Below, in pieces: positions 38,907-53,575 of a stretch of 64,000 bases of DNA. Numbering within the stretch: position 1 is the first letter of the stretch; each line of letters begins with the position of its first letter. Location of the stretch: positions 109,058,001 to 109,122,000 of the forward strand of contig NC_042999.1 of NCBI RefSeq assembly GCF_006345805.1, read 5' to 3'. The translations under genes were made by a program, and so were the position numbers. The stretch is from Octopus sinensis (lineage: Eukaryota). Below the pieces are notes generated by a model, which ran no database searches, was not told where the DNA came from, and saw only the letters and a list, made by a program, of their open reading frames with translations.

Positions 38907-41900
38907 GTGGGCAATTATGGAGTGAATTTTAGGGCTTATAAATCTAATATTTTTCTATCCTTCCTTAATACCGGTTCCCATATGCTGCTCGTATCTGCAC
39001 TCGGTCTGCTTAGGAGGTTGTTGTGTCCTAGCATATGTGCTGCTGTTTTTAGTTTTTGTATTTTTCAGTGGTGTTTTCTGTCTATTATTTTAGCTTCATC
39101 CCACAGGGGGAGGTGGTCTCCATTTTTCCATACCTGATCAGCTATACCCGATTTATCAATATCTCCTCATGTCACAGCTTTGTGATGTTTGTCTACCCTT
39201 ATTTTGAGGGGTGGCATGGTTCACCTTTGTATAACCTACCACAGCTGCATGGGATGGAGTACACGCAGTCTTTGGTCATATTCTCATCTATTGGTGGTTT
39301 TACTCGAAGGCGATATTTGCAAAGTGTTGTATTACTCTTGAATACTGTCCTGATGTCATATGGGTCGTATATCTTTTGTATCTTTTCAGAGAGGCCTTTC
39401 ACATAGGGTAGACAGACTGTCTACCCTATGTAGGCGATTCATTCAACTAAAGTAGTCGATTCATTCATCTAAAATTCTTCAAGGCTGTGCCCCAGCATGG
39501 CCACAGTCTAATGACTGAAACAAATAAAAGAATTGCGCATTATGTTCTGAGTTCTGTAAGGATTTTATTTTTGTTTTTCCATTATACCTGAAATTATTGT
39601 ATTGTGGTGTTTTTACATTCAACTCCCATATCCTACTTCTTTTCATTTCAAAATAGAATGCAAATAATTGCAGACATGATTGTGCGATGAAGAAATTTGC
39701 TTCCCTACCACAGAGTTGGTCCCACTGCATTGCAACTTGTGCAAGCATCTTTTGCTATAGTCATGGGCTAGCCAAAGTCTTGTGAGATGATTTGGTAGAT
39801 AGAAACTGAAAGAAGCCTAAAGTATATATATGTGTGTGTGTGTGTGAGTGCACACAGGCGTGTGTCTCCTTGCCATGATATCACATGATAGTTGTAAATG
39901 AGTGTTACATGTGATGTCATTTGTTACCAATCTTCAGTGAAAACATGTCTGGCCATAGAGAAATGGTACCTTGCTTAGGAACAGATGAGGATTGGTGGCA
40001 GGAAGAACATCTACACATAGAAAATCTGCTTCAACAAATTCCTTCTGACCCATAAAAATATGGAAATGTTGACGTTAAAATGATGATGATGATGAGGAGG
40101 AGGAGGATGACAATGATGATGTTGAGAACTTGAGCATACTGAGTTACTTGTTGGCTAAATGAATGTCCACAAGTAGCATTGAAGAAATAACCGCCAATGT
40201 ATTGATCAGCTGTGTCTCAATAAACCATAGCAAGTTATCTTAAAGGAAATATGATTTCATTGAAGCACATTTGCAAACAGAGTAACTGTGTTTTGTGTTT
40301 CTAAAACAGATGATTTCCTTAAATTCATGAAAGATGTTTTGATACTTGTTCAAGTATTGTTACCTGTCAAAATTAAACTGCAATTTATTATTTATTAGAT
40401 TAAACATTGAAAATAAGATATGATAGCAATGTTTTATTTGAAAATTATTTAATTTTCTCCAGGATTATAATTACTTGTTTTGAGATTATTTCAATTTGCT
40501 TCAAGTTTATTTTAATATGTTTTAAGTTTAGTTTAATTTGCTTCAAGCTCATTTTAATTTGCTTTGAAATTATTTTAACAAGTATTTGAGAAGGGCTAGT
40601 TCATGTCATTATAAGTTCTCACCTTTCATTTCCCAATAGTTTTCATTGATGCCAAAGCTACTGTGTCCCCCTTCATGATAGCTGTATAAAGATTGAAGTG
40701 CCATTAACTGTATGTTGTATACATCAGCTCACCATAGAACATTTTCTTTCAGAGACATCTGTTACATATGTAGCATCTATACTTTTTCAAATGCAGATGA
40801 ACTGCATGACATATCCACATCAGTGGTGCCATACTCTTTGTCACATGTATATACTTCTTTGGGAGTCTAAGAATTGCTTGCTGAATTATAACTTACTGAG
40901 CAAGCATTCCTGCTTGTGGTCTCTTTTTTTTTTTATAAAATAGTTCATTGTGTAATGAGTATGTCAATTAACTATTAATTTCCAGTGTTGGAATCCACAC
41001 TAGTAGTCAGAAATATTCTCTCCATGAGATATTGTACTTAGAGAAGTAGCACACATCCTATTCATTTTGCAATATTGTCCCTCATATATTATTTTCATAG
41101 TACATTTTACGAATACAATGGCTGTTTTTAATAAATACTCTTTCCTCATCTTCAACATTTCAACTATGATGACATCTCTTTTGTTTACGTTTCATTGACC
41201 CAAATATCAAATTAATTTAGAGAAATGATTTATTTATTTATATATTTATATCTAATTAATTCAAAATAGAGTAATGATTATTTTATTTATATCCTATTAA
41301 GATGGCTCATTGGTAAATTATTTGATTAGCAATATAATAGCTGCTTCTAGTCTCAGAAGGCATTTGTCACTCAACTGAACTTTATATAAAGCCTTAAAAT
41401 ATATCAGTATAACATACCTCGTTTCTAAGCTATATGATTCATAAATCTAGTATCATGTTTTGAAAACATTTTTGCATCCTAGCCTAAATTTCCTACCTTC
41501 TGATTGTAGTTTTACAACTGTGTAGAAGCCTAACCAAGAGATTTCAGCAAGATTTTCACCTGATGCCTAAAATACAATTTTCCATGTGTTCAACCTCTTA
41601 TTTGCAAATCTCTGTCCAGAAAGATTTGGTAAAACAAGTAGTACCACGCCTTTTCAGACTAAATAATAATATGCAATTTCAATTAATTGATATAGCTACA
41701 GATTTTTAGCTAAATTCAGATTTTATGTTAAAAGAAGTCACATGTTCAGATACGAATATGAATAAGTTACTCTAATTGATTGTAGTCTCATTACTAAATT
41801 TATGAAGAAGGACTTGTCAGCCTTGAACTTCGACATTCTTTTTACTGATGGATTACTTAGCTATATAAATATTTATGTAAATTTTGTGAATTTAAATGTT

Positions 41901-44769
41901 TTATTCAGCATGTGTATTGTTGCTAAATATTGTTTATGGATTGTTGTTTTATACTAATTAACATTAAAAAAAAATGATACTTTATAATACAAAAATATGA
42001 TGCGATAGAATTTATAGAAATTTTAAGACATCAGCAGTAGATTACAAGTTGTTCTTTAGCAAATTTAGTTACAGTCCACACTATTAGTTTGTTAAAAAGG
42101 CAAAACAATCTTGATAGGGAGAACAAATTAAAAAATAATTGGTGAGAGGGATTCATTATTTCTGTGGAACAAAGATATTACACCTCTTGATATTGATGCA
42201 TCTTCTTTCCTGATCCAATATTTATACTTTCAGTGGATAAGAAATTATCAATATTGAACATAGAATGTTGATGTTGCTATCTGGTTCAGTTGGTGTAACT
42301 ATTATTTCAGGAAGAATTTATCAATAAACCCTAAGGTGTTATCATTAGAAAGAGACAGAAAAGCTGGTATCAAATTTCTTAAGTAACAGCTTGAATTAAT
42401 TTAGCACTTTTTTGTTTAGTTGTATTTCTTTAAGTTTCCTTTGTTGTAAAGTCTGATCTTGATTATTTTTATGGCATTATGTTTCTTTGATGCTAAGTCT
42501 AATGATTAGATTAAATATGTTGAATTTCTTTCTTCCCAATAATTAGACACTCATCCAAATTATCTTTTTCTGCATACAAAGTAGATATCAAAATAGATAT
42601 GAAAGAAATAAAAACATCTACATTTTAAATGTGATGCAATCAATAAAGGTATGAACATATTTCACCTTCATCTTCTAAACAATATATTTGAAAACTTGTG
42701 GTTGAATTGTTTCTTTCTGATGCATTTGGTTGCTGTAAGTACCACAGTTATAAGTGTCAATCTGAAATATATTTATGCTTGATTTTTTAATATTTTTAAA
42801 CAAGTTATCACAGAAAACCTTCTGTAATTCTGAAGCCCAGCAGTTTACTACTTATTTGTTTGCCAAGCATTAAAAACTTGGGTAGGTTGTTGTTATCTAA
42901 ATTCAAGAATTTGCAATCCTAACAAATTAAGTTGATGGTTTTAATTGTAACAATATGTAATGGAATTGAATCATAAAGATAAATTTACTCTAAATCTTGA
43001 AAGATTCTGAAATGAATGACAAATTGCTTTGTTTGAATAAGTATGTAAATCTTACAAAGGCATTTTGCTGACATAAATAAATAAATTCTAGTGTTACATA
43101 ATTTTTGAGGAAGCAGGTATTTTTGAAATTTTGTATCAGCATTGTGCTGTTATCAGTCTTACATTTCTCTGTAGAATCTAGAATACATTTGATATTATTC
43201 CTCTGTATATAAAAAGTATTTCATTAAAAGATCACACAAGTTTGATTGAAATCTGAAGATAATACTAAATCACAGATGTAGAAATGGATTTTCGATCATA
43301 ACAATAGGTATGCCAATATTTTATGACCAATGAAAATCAAATGTGTTTTAGGGACATTTATTTAATTTTAGAGTGTTCAACAGAAAATAGAAAACAACAT
43401 AATTGTTGTTCATTTTAAAATAATATAAATACTTTTTTTGTTTCTTTTAAACATAAAAATGTAAGTTTTAAAGATTGTATAATAACAAATTATTAAGGAA
43501 GAATTTCAGAGAGTGTGATTAGTTGTTTCAATGCGAAAATATAGAAGAATTGCACATTTAACTAAACTACTTTTAGATATGCTTAAAGTTCCTTACAAAT
43601 AACCAACAGTATGTTTCATTTTTATCTTATACAAATTCATGTTTTATGAATATTTCTCAAGATTAAGTAGTTAATGTACTGATAATTTTAACTGGATACA
43701 TTTCTAGTTCTCATTTATCTATTATCTGAATCTTTATTCTCTTACTTTAACAATCAATGTTATGTTTAATAAAAATAAATTGATAAGAGCTATATCATTG
43801 GGAAATCTTCTAAAAATATTACCTATTTATATATATTATTGGTTTAAGTGTTGAAAAATGAGTTGTATAACTCATAAAATATTTCATAAAACATATTATG
43901 GCATGTTATTTTTTTTTTGTTACTGTATTCTTTATTAACAGTTCTTCTGTTAGTTTTATGGATTCTCTTCTTATCAAATAGTTTATAACACAAATGAAAA
44001 ATTTTGTATTACAACTTATTTATAAACTTCTAGCTTTGGCATTTTATATATGCATTCAATGTTTGCATATTTGCATATTTTTGTTGAGAACATGAAGTTG
44101 ATAATATAAAAGTAAATACTCAAATATAGACAAAAGATCTGATACTTTTGATTTTGTCTAGCTTTACCTATATAGCAGTAATTCAGACGGATATTCATTA
44201 TTTATTTCTTCTAAAAGACAGATTAAAAAATATCTTTGCTGAAGCTACCTAGTGGGCTATTAAAAGAATGTTTGTCTATAGAAGTAAATATCAAAATATC
44301 TGTTGAATATTAGCACTAGTGAATTTTCTCTTAAATAAATATTTATCATGAAATAAATACTTAGAAACATTTATAGAAGTATTCCACTGATAACTATTAG
44401 CAATGAGGAAATATGAAATGAGAGGAAATGGTAGAAAAGAATTATTTATTTTGTTTTGGATTGATTATCTTTTTACATTTTATTGATTATTGTTAGCTAA
44501 TTATCTCTTATTTTATAATCTACAGTGAATTTCATTAATATAAACTATTTTGTTTATGTGTGTGTGTCTTCTTCTGAGATATATATCTAGGCATATATGA
44601 ATATGTGCATGTATACATACATCTATACATGCATATATGTATATAAATGCATAGTGTCACGTACTTGTGTGCACATGTATTCATTTATTAATACATATAT
44701 ACACGTTATGAATAATTATCTATCTATCTTTACATGTAGATATAGATAGCTAGTTCAGTTACATAGATA

Positions 44770-44864
<95 letters not shown>

Positions 44865-45010
44865 TGTTTGCACATACATACACACCCATACACATTGAAT
44901 ACGAATCTATAAATTATAAATAATTATCTGTTTATCTATCTACCTACCTGCCTGCCTGCCAGCCTGCCTACCTGTCTGCCTACCTATCTACCTGTCTGCC
45001 TGCTCACCTG

Positions 45011-45068
<58 letters not shown>

Positions 45069-45125
45069 CATCCATCCATCTGTCAGTAGACAGATAGACA
45101 GATAGATAGATAGATAGATAGATTA
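44770..45125. repeat. Compound (TA)n/(GATA)n/(CCTG)n/(TATC)n microsatellite
   Basis: Directly visible. Confidence 0.9.
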
Positions 45126-45915
45126 GTGGATAATTATTATATACTGGCTGCATGTTTCTGAGCTGGGAAATGAATGGAATGCCTGTTGTGTGTCTTTTTA
45201 TGGCTACCCGTTCCTAAAAAATGGGAAATAGGCCTGGGAATATACATATATGTATATATATATATATATATAAAATGTTTCTGGACACTAACACTGGAAG
45301 GATAGCCATGTCCTCGACATGACTAAAGGGATCCCAGAAAACCCACATCTCTGCATGTGGTTAGGAAGCAAGCTTCTTACCACACAGCCACTCCCATGCC
45401 TATATATATATGTGTGTGTATATATATATATATAAGTAGCTTGCTTATAAACCGCATGGTTCTGGGTTCTGTCCCACTGCATGGCACCATAGCCTCAGGC
45501 TGACCAAAGCCATGTGAGTGGATTTGGTAGACGGAAACTGAAAGAAGTCCATCGTATATATGTGTATATATATATATATGTATATATATCTATATCTATA
45601 TATATATATATATATATGTGTGTGTATGTGTGTGTGTGTATCTGTTTGTGTGTCTGTGTTTGTACCCCCTCCCAACATCGCTTGATAACCGATGCTGGTG
45701 TGTTTACATCCCCATAACTTGGCAGTTCAGCAAAATAGACCGATAGAGTAAGTACTATGCTTACAAAGAAAAAGCCCTGGGGTCAATTAGCTCGACTAAA
45801 GGTGGTGCTCCAGTATGGCCACTGTCAAATGACTGAAACAAGTAAAAGAGTATATATATATATTTATTAATTTGTGTTGTAAGATTCCTGATGTAAAATC
45901 ATGCATTTTAAACAG

Positions 45916-46334
45916 ATATTGTTGCATTTTGGGATGGTCATTTAAAAAAGTTTTTTGCCAAATAAACACATACACTATATATTTGTTCTTCACTTGTTTA
46001 TTACTGTTCTTATTTTAACTCATGTCCATTGTCTAGAAATCTTTCATCATACATCCGTGAGCTCTTCAGCAGCACTCTCCATCCTCATGTGTGTGTCCCT
46101 GCTCACCTTAGTTCTTTCTTTTCTTCTATATATAGAAGAATAGAATGGATTAGGCAGAGCAGGAGCACACATGAAGATGGGGTGTTGCTGAAGAGGTCAC
46201 AGACATATAACAAAAGATTTCTGGACAATGGACCTGAGTTAAAATAAGAACAGTAATAAATGAGTGAAGAACAAATATATAGTGCATGTGTTTATCTGGC
46301 AAAAAAAAATGACCATCCCAAAATACAACAATAT
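45916..46334. repeat. Imperfect spacer-less palindrome, ~210-bp arms
   Basis: Centre ttcttctata|tatagaagaa at 46130/46131; arms diverged with small indels; a third copy lies at 47508-47666. Confidence 0.9.
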
Positions 46335-46351
46335 ATATAAGTATATATATA

Positions 46352-46392
<41 letters not shown>

Positions 46393-46399
46393 TATATAT

Positions 46400-47171
46400 G
46401 GTGAAGCACGATCTTTGAACTTTAGGCCTCGCTGAGGAAATCACTAGTGACTGAGACTTTGGGAAATATGTTGTGTGTGAGAAGACCCGGCAAGCCAAAT
46501 GAGACCATAATCTCGTGGTCTATGCCAGGGGCATAACCAGCCCACTTATGCGTACTTTTTCCTTCTTTGGATACTAAAACTCTGCTTGTGAAGACCTGTT
46601 GAGGCAAGTGAAATCAAAATCAAAATCAAATTTGATGACTGGCGTCCATGCTAGCGGGGTGCAAAGAGCACCATACGAGTGTGATCATTGACAAGGCGGC
46701 CAACCGGCTTCTGTGTCAGTGGCACTTAAAAGGCAGCATTCGAGTGTGTTCGTTACCAGCATTGCCTTACTGGCACTCGAGCCCCGTGCTAGTCGGGTGT
46801 TAAGAGCACCATCCGGGCGTGATCGTTGCCAGAGTGGGTATCTGGCCTCCATGCCGGTGGCTTGTAAAAGACACCATCTGAGAATGACTGTTACCAGAAT
46901 CGCTTTACTGGCACCTGTGCCGGTGGCATGTGTAAAAGATTTGAGCGAGGTTGTTGCCAGTACCGCCTGACTGGCCCCATGCTGGTGGCATGTAAAAGCA
47001 CCCACTACACTCTCAGAGTGGTTGGTGTTAGGAAGGGCATCCAGCTGTAGAAACTCTGCCAGATCAAGATTGAAGCCTGGTGCAGCCATCTGTTTGCCAG
47101 CCCTTAGTCAAATCGTCCAACCCATGCTAGCATGGAAAGCGGACGTTAAGCGACGATGATCATGAGGATGA
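46400..47171 (+). mobile_element. RTE LINE 3' fragment
   Basis: Matches the 3' end of the 25.6-29.8 kb RTE; contains the tandem units, the ggtgttaggaagggcatccagctgtag block and a (GAT)n-like tail. Confidence 0.88.
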
Positions 47172-47241
47172 CATACATATACATATATATATGTGTGTGT
47201 GTATATATATGTATATATATGTGTGTGTATATATATCTTTA

Positions 47242-47292
<51 letters not shown>

Positions 47293-47666
47293 TATATATA
47301 GATGGCAGAAGAGGTCGTCCCCTTCACTTAGAGGTTCGGCAAAAAGAGACCGATAGAATAAGTACTGGGCTTACAAAGAATAAGTCCCGGGGTTGATTTG
47401 CTCGACTAAAGGTGGTGCTGCAGCATGGCCGCAGTCAAATGACTGAAACAAGTAAAAGAGTAAAAGAGTAAAGAGCGATGTATATATATATATATATATT
47501 GTTGTATTTATATATATTGTTGTATTTTGGGATGGTCATTTTTTTTTTTTGCCAGATAAAGACATGCACTATATATTTGTTCTTCACTCATTTATTACTG
47601 TTCTTATTTTAACTCAGGTCCATTGTCCAGAAATCTTTTGTTATATGCCTGTGACCTCTTCAGCAA

Positions 47667-48055
47667 TAGGCGCAGGAGTGGCTGTGTGGTAAGTAGCTTG
47701 CTAACCAACCACATGGTTCCGGGTTCAGTCCCACTGCGTGGCATCTTGGGCAAGTGTCTTCTGTTATAGCCCCGGGCCGACCAATGCCTTGTGAGTGGAT
47801 TTGGTAGACGGAAACTGAAAGAAGCCTGTCGTATATATGTATATATATATATGTGTGTGTGTTTGTGTGTCTGTGTTTGTCCCCCTAGCATTGTCAACCG
47901 ATGCTGGTGTGTTTGTGTCCCCGTCACTTAGCGGTTCGGCAAAAAGAGTAAGTACTGGGCTTATAAAGAATAAGTCCCGGGGTCGATTTGCTCGACTAAA
48001 GGCAGTGCTCCAGCATGGCTGCAGTCAAATGACTGAAACAAGTAAAAGAGTAAAG
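47667..48055 (+). mobile_element. Well-preserved tRNA-derived SINE with internal (TA/TG)n
   Basis: A-box-like tggctgtgtgg, B-box-like ggttcagtccc, CpGs retained; other copies at 45430-45850 (+), 47310-47470 (+), 48072-48270 (-), 49850-50060 (-). Confidence 0.9.
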
Positions 48056-48759
48056 AGAGATGTATATATATTCTTTTATTCTTTTATTTGTTTCAGTCAT
48101 TTGACTGTGGCCATGCTGGAGCACTGCCTTTAGGACTTATTCTTTCTCAGCCTTGTACTTAATCTATCAGTCTCTTTTGCCGAACCGCTAAGTTACGTGG
48201 ACTTAAACACACCAACATCGGTTGTCAAGCGATGTGGGGGGTGGGGGGGAAACACAGACACACAAATATATACATATATATATATATAAATATAATGCAT
48301 GTGTTACTTTTGACTGATTTCTCAGCTTTGTTAGTGTATCATAAATATATCTTGTAGGTTTTGTACTTGCAATTTAAATTGTGATTTCAAAAGCTTTCTT
48401 TTATCCTTTCAGTATCACATAAATAAAATACAGTCAAGTACTGGGTTTGATAGTACTGACTAACATCTCAAAATTACTGATTTCATGCCAGAGACAATTA
48501 TTATTCTGCACACTAACAAGAACATTTCATTCTTCTACACGCTCACATGCATGTAAACCACCCCACCATGCATGTTATTCATTTGTGCTAATTCAGCGAG
48601 TGGTAAAATGATTCATGTATATTGGATCCTATGTTGACAGAAGAAATGGTACCAGTTAAATTTCTTTTTCTGTTTACTTCTCTTCATTTTAACAGATACA
48701 ACAGTTATAGCTAAAAAGACTTGTTAGTCTGTCTTCTGATTCTGCAGACAAAATGGAAA

Positions 48760-49065
48760 AGGTGTTGCCCTGAAGGATGGTGAGGGAGACATACTTAAAC
48801 AGCCACTCTGATTCATGGGGCTTGCTCTTGTGGATAGCCATCTCTACTCTGATAGCAGTGAGCAGGAATGTCATCTGGAGGCCAAGAATGCAGGAGTTTT
48901 CCATTGCCTTAGGCTCAACCAGAAATCTATCAGAAATCTGCTAATACTTTCACACTTAGTCTTTCTTTGCTTGACAAGCAGCAAAACCTGGGTTGCCAAC
49001 CAAACACACCAGGTTGACATTGGAGAGGTTGTCACAGCATGTGGCATCCTAGATGAGGGACCTTC
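48760..49065 (+). mobile_element. Old RTE-type RT C-terminal remnant
   Basis: Plus-strand translation weakly follows RTE 'xxxExxxRIxKAxxxFxxL...SETW...LER' spacing. Confidence 0.4.
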
Positions 49066-50187
49066 CACTACAGGACTTCTCACAGCAGGCAGCTGCTTTA
49101 GGCAAGCATGACTGGAGGAATAAACCTTGTCTGACATATAGACATTATGCATAAATTCATAATTGAACAGAAATAAAACAAAGGAACAAACAGAAAATTC
49201 ACACACAGGACAGGACATTGTTAATTCCTCATCAGTTATCATTCAAAAACATCCTTACAATTTCACACCTTTAATGATATCTGTCTATCTACCTACCTGC
49301 CTCCCTGCCTGCCTGCCTAATGATGATGGATTCTAATGTCATGAACAACGAATAAGGGTTCAATAAAATAAAGTGGTAATCATGTTCTATGGACACGAAT
49401 GTGTTACTTGTGGCCTGCTGCTGTCTTCCAAACCTTGTAGTAAAATAGAACACATTGAGGACTAAGTTAGCTTGAATGCTTGTGGACCATTTACTATGTA
49501 TTTTCTTGAGTGGATGGCAAGGCCTGCTTTGCTCTGAGCCACAAACCCACAATGAAAGGTAAGATTTTCATTTAGAGGAGCAGTGTTTTGCCAGCATGCC
49601 TTCATGCTTGCACAAAATTGGTCCTGATCTTGGAATTGACTAAGCTTCAAATCTTTGAATTGAGGAAAAGCAGGACTGCATTTTGACGTTTTGTTGCATG
49701 GTTGGTGACTAAACTGGCAACCCTACTGAGCTTGCTGGTGAGGAGAGTGATCGTTAGACATCTTATGGGACGAAAAATCAAACCTATTAAAGGGCAGAGG
49801 AACTAATGAGTGGGCAAGTCATCCAACAATTTGTGTACATATACTCTCACTCTTTTACTTATTTCAGTCATTTGACTGCAGCCATGCTGGAGCACTGCCT
49901 TTAGTTGAGCAAATCAACCCCCAGGACTTATACTTTGTAAACCTAGTACTTATTCTATCGGGCTCTTTTCCTAAACCGCTAAGTTACGGGGATGTAAATA
50001 CACCACTATCGGTTGTCAAGCAATGTTGGGGGCGGGAGGGACAAACACAGACACACAAACATACACATACACATACACATGCACATATATATTGGCATGT
50101 AAAAAGCACCATCCAATCATGGCCGTTTGCCAGCCTCGTCTGGCACCTGTGCCGGTGGCACGTAAAAAGGACCCACTACACTCACGG

Positions 50188-50496
50188 AAATTACATACAT
50201 ACATGCACATGAAAGCAAGTGCACATACACACATACACATACACTCACATGCATGCACACAACATCATTGTCATAATCCTTGTTATTGTTGGCATCATTA
50301 TTATATTTATATACTTTTTTATCCATACCTGCATGTGTTGGATGCGTCTTGATGCATTTCATCCAATTTATAGCATATACTAAGTGCCTTTTATCATGCC
50401 ACCCACCCTAGAAAGGCTGTTTGTGACAAGATTAAAGAGTCTTCACTACTCTGTATCCTTCATAGACAGATCACCTGTGATGCAGTTTAAATTTCT

Positions 50497-50534
<38 letters not shown>

Positions 50535-50822
50535 ATCTCTCTCTCTTCCTCTTTATATATATATATGGCACGTAAAAAGCACCAACTGATCATGACTGTT
50601 GACAGCCTCCCCTGGCACCTGTGCCAGTGGCACGTAAAAAGCACCCATTACACTCACGGAGTGGTTGGCGTTAGGAAAGGCATCCAGCTGTAGAAACACT
50701 GCCAGATCAGACTGGAGCCTGGTGCAGCCTCCTGGCTTCCCAGACCCCAGTCAAACCATCCAACCCATGCTAGCATGGAAAACGGACATTAAACGATGAT
50801 GATGATGATGATGATGATGATG

Positions 50823-50856
<34 letters not shown>

Positions 50857-50975
50857 TATATATATATCATGCTCTCTCTCTATATATATGTGTGTGTATG
50901 TGTATATAGTGTCCACAGTACTGTGGACACTTTAGTCATGCCAGAGACAGCCTTTCAAGGGTTGGTGGCATGATA

Positions 50976-51010
<35 letters not shown>

Positions 51011-51423
51011 CTGAGGACCTGGCAGTATAGAGTGATTATACAACTGTCTTTGTAAAAATTACTGCATAGTATACTGGTATATGCTGGTAAAACATATTAT
51101 ATTATGTAATTTCTGTTATAACAAAAAAAAATTTTTTAACTGAATCTCTTCTCATTTTTTATTCTGAACTTAGACATATATATTTATTGAAAAATAATAA
51201 GCATAAAACGGGTGCTTGTTATATTTTCCTATTATTTGATTCATATTCTGCACTGTAGTCTATCCTGAGTTTGGTGCCCACATTGTGCTACACTTTGTCT
51301 ATGGGAGTGGAGTGTGGAGCTCACTATTGAGCTCAATTTTGGTTGTGATGCACTTTAATGTGGTCCTTTTCTTTCCTTCTTTCTTTCCTTCTTTCTTTCT
51401 TTCTTTCTTTCTTTCTATGCTAC
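50188..51423 (+). repeat. Dispersed direct duplication, copy 1 (partner 54520-55709)
   Basis: Colinear unique sequence plus an RTE 3' fragment; scattered substitutions and a 15-bp indel. Confidence 0.95.
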
Positions 51424-53544
51424 AGGAAAATACACACACACACACACATATATATATACACACACACATGTGTATGTATGTATATATATATATATATGTA
51501 TATATATGTATATATACATGTATAATTATGTATATATATATGTATATAGCAGAGTGTGATTGTAGATGTTAAATGGACCAGTTACTTTTAATGAATTTAT
51601 TTCTTAGTATTTGCGGAGGATTTGTTCTTACTACTCATTCATAACTTTTTCTCAAATATCACTGCCATATGGAATATGAAAATCACTGCTCTGCTATTCT
51701 TTCTAAGTCTAATGTTGGTCAGTTAGGATATTGTGGACCTTGCATTCTCGCCTCTCATCCCTCACATGACGTCTTAATCCATTCCTATTTTAGGTCCTTT
51801 TGTTCATGTGCCCATTCAAAATACAATATAAACTTAACCAGGAGTAAAAGCTTAGGCAATTGTTTTGTTATAGCTGTATGGCTGGGAAACCAGAGTGCTT
51901 TCTTCTAATCCACCTCTCTTTTACTTAGAAGTTTGTGTCTTGGTGTTCCTGGGTTTATGATCCTGCTTTGCCTTCTTTAGCCTTCTTTGTAGAAAATAAC
52001 AAGCTGAAACTTTGATTCTCATCACAATGATGCTGAAGTATTCATATTTCTAGGCATTATCAAGGATGTTCAGGTTTTAGTAAAGAATGACTTGTAGATA
52101 TGATTTCACACACACGCACACACACACACACATGCATGTGTGTGTATAGTGTATATATATTATATATCATTATCATCATCATAAAATGTCTGTTGTTCAT
52201 GCTGACATGATTTGGACAGTTTGACCAGAGCTGGCAACATCGATTTGATGGAGGGAGTGAACTTATATGAACACAAACATTTGATCATGATAAACAAGGT
52301 ATCTGTGTGGCTGCTCATCAAGAGTCCATAATATATATATATACATATACCCACATACATGTGTATAAGTGTATAAGTATATATATATATGTATACACAC
52401 ACACATGTATATATATGCATACACACACACACACATACACATATAATATGTATATATACATAATCCTGCTCTCTTCTATTCACTCTCTTCTCTACATTGC
52501 CATTACACTGTTTGGTTGTATGAATAGCAGAAAGATGGAGTTTTTTACTGTTGCTGTAACAAGACTACCTCTCTAGTGCTGATGTCTTGATAAAATGCAT
52601 CCTGTGCATGCTGTATAGTGGTCAACATTAGAGTGAAATCAAACCATAGAAACCATCCCCAAAATAGTTCTCTGACATGTCTATGAGAGAAGTAACTCAA
52701 AATGATTTCCATTTATTGTGTTTACAATAAGCAATTGAAGAATTTATTAATTTAAAACAATCTTTTAGCTTCTTTTTATACATTGTATTATATGCAAACT
52801 TATAAATAATAATACTTGTATAGTTATACTAATTTTAAGCTTAACATATTTGGAAGAAATTTCTTTCTTTACCACTCAACTCAAAGTAACTGTATCTTCA
52901 ATTTGAAATAATTATTAGTTATTTTTTTAAAAAGAATCAAAGTTGTTCATTTCTCATAACATTGTGTTATGTAATCAGCATTCTTCACAAAAGTATTACA
53001 GAAGTATATTCATCGCAGTTAGGCAGGAAGCATTTTAAACAATAGTTTTTCTTTTTCATCAGAGTACAATATTAGATTCTATTGTCTTAGTCATGTTCGA
53101 ATTGTTAGTGTGGCAGCTCATTTGATTGTATTTATATGATGATTGAATGTTTGTTAAATCTATCTTGTCATGTGTTCTAACTCATTTGAAACTGTGTCTG
53201 ATATATAAGACTTACGAGAATTCCATCAAGATGACCAGCAGCTTCAAAGGACATATTTAATTTTGGAAATCTATGAGAAGGTATATGGGGGCTGAGATAA
53301 TATTTTATAGATATGGAATAAAAATAAATGCATGCTGTTGTCTGTTAATAATACTTCCCACTATAGCATCACTTACTATTGTTATTTCCATTTCAATATG
53401 CACATTCTTTTGTGAGATGACTTTTATGTTCTTTTTCTGAGTATTACATATATACATGTGTGGCTGCATATCTATATAAATATATATGTGTATATATGTA
53501 TGTGTATGCATATATGTATATATATTTATATATATGTATATATA

Positions 53545-53575
<31 letters not shown>

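Larger units (their letters stand above)
38663..39431 (-). mobile_element. 5'-truncated Penelope-like element (Penelope/Poseidon-type GIY-YIG region + 3' end)
   Basis: LPYVKGLSEKIQK...RTVFK...CVYSIPCSCGRLYKGE; followed by a tRNA-like cassette and an HHR. Confidence 0.85.
38389..39530 (+). mobile_element. tRNA-derived SINE split by a PLE insertion
   Basis: 5' part 38389-38660; 3' terminus (cagcatggccacagtctaatgactgaaac) resumes after 39432. Confidence 0.8.

Noticed and set aside
46640-47005. CRISPR-like array or pistol ribozyme
   Set aside because: Eukaryotic LINE 3' UTR; the inter-motif segments are homologous to each other, no cas genes, and the pistol P2 segment is absent.
49320-49726. 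Possible hAT remnant (tagggttgccag terminus on the minus strand)
   Set aside because: Only one terminus and weak peptide similarity; no TSD found.
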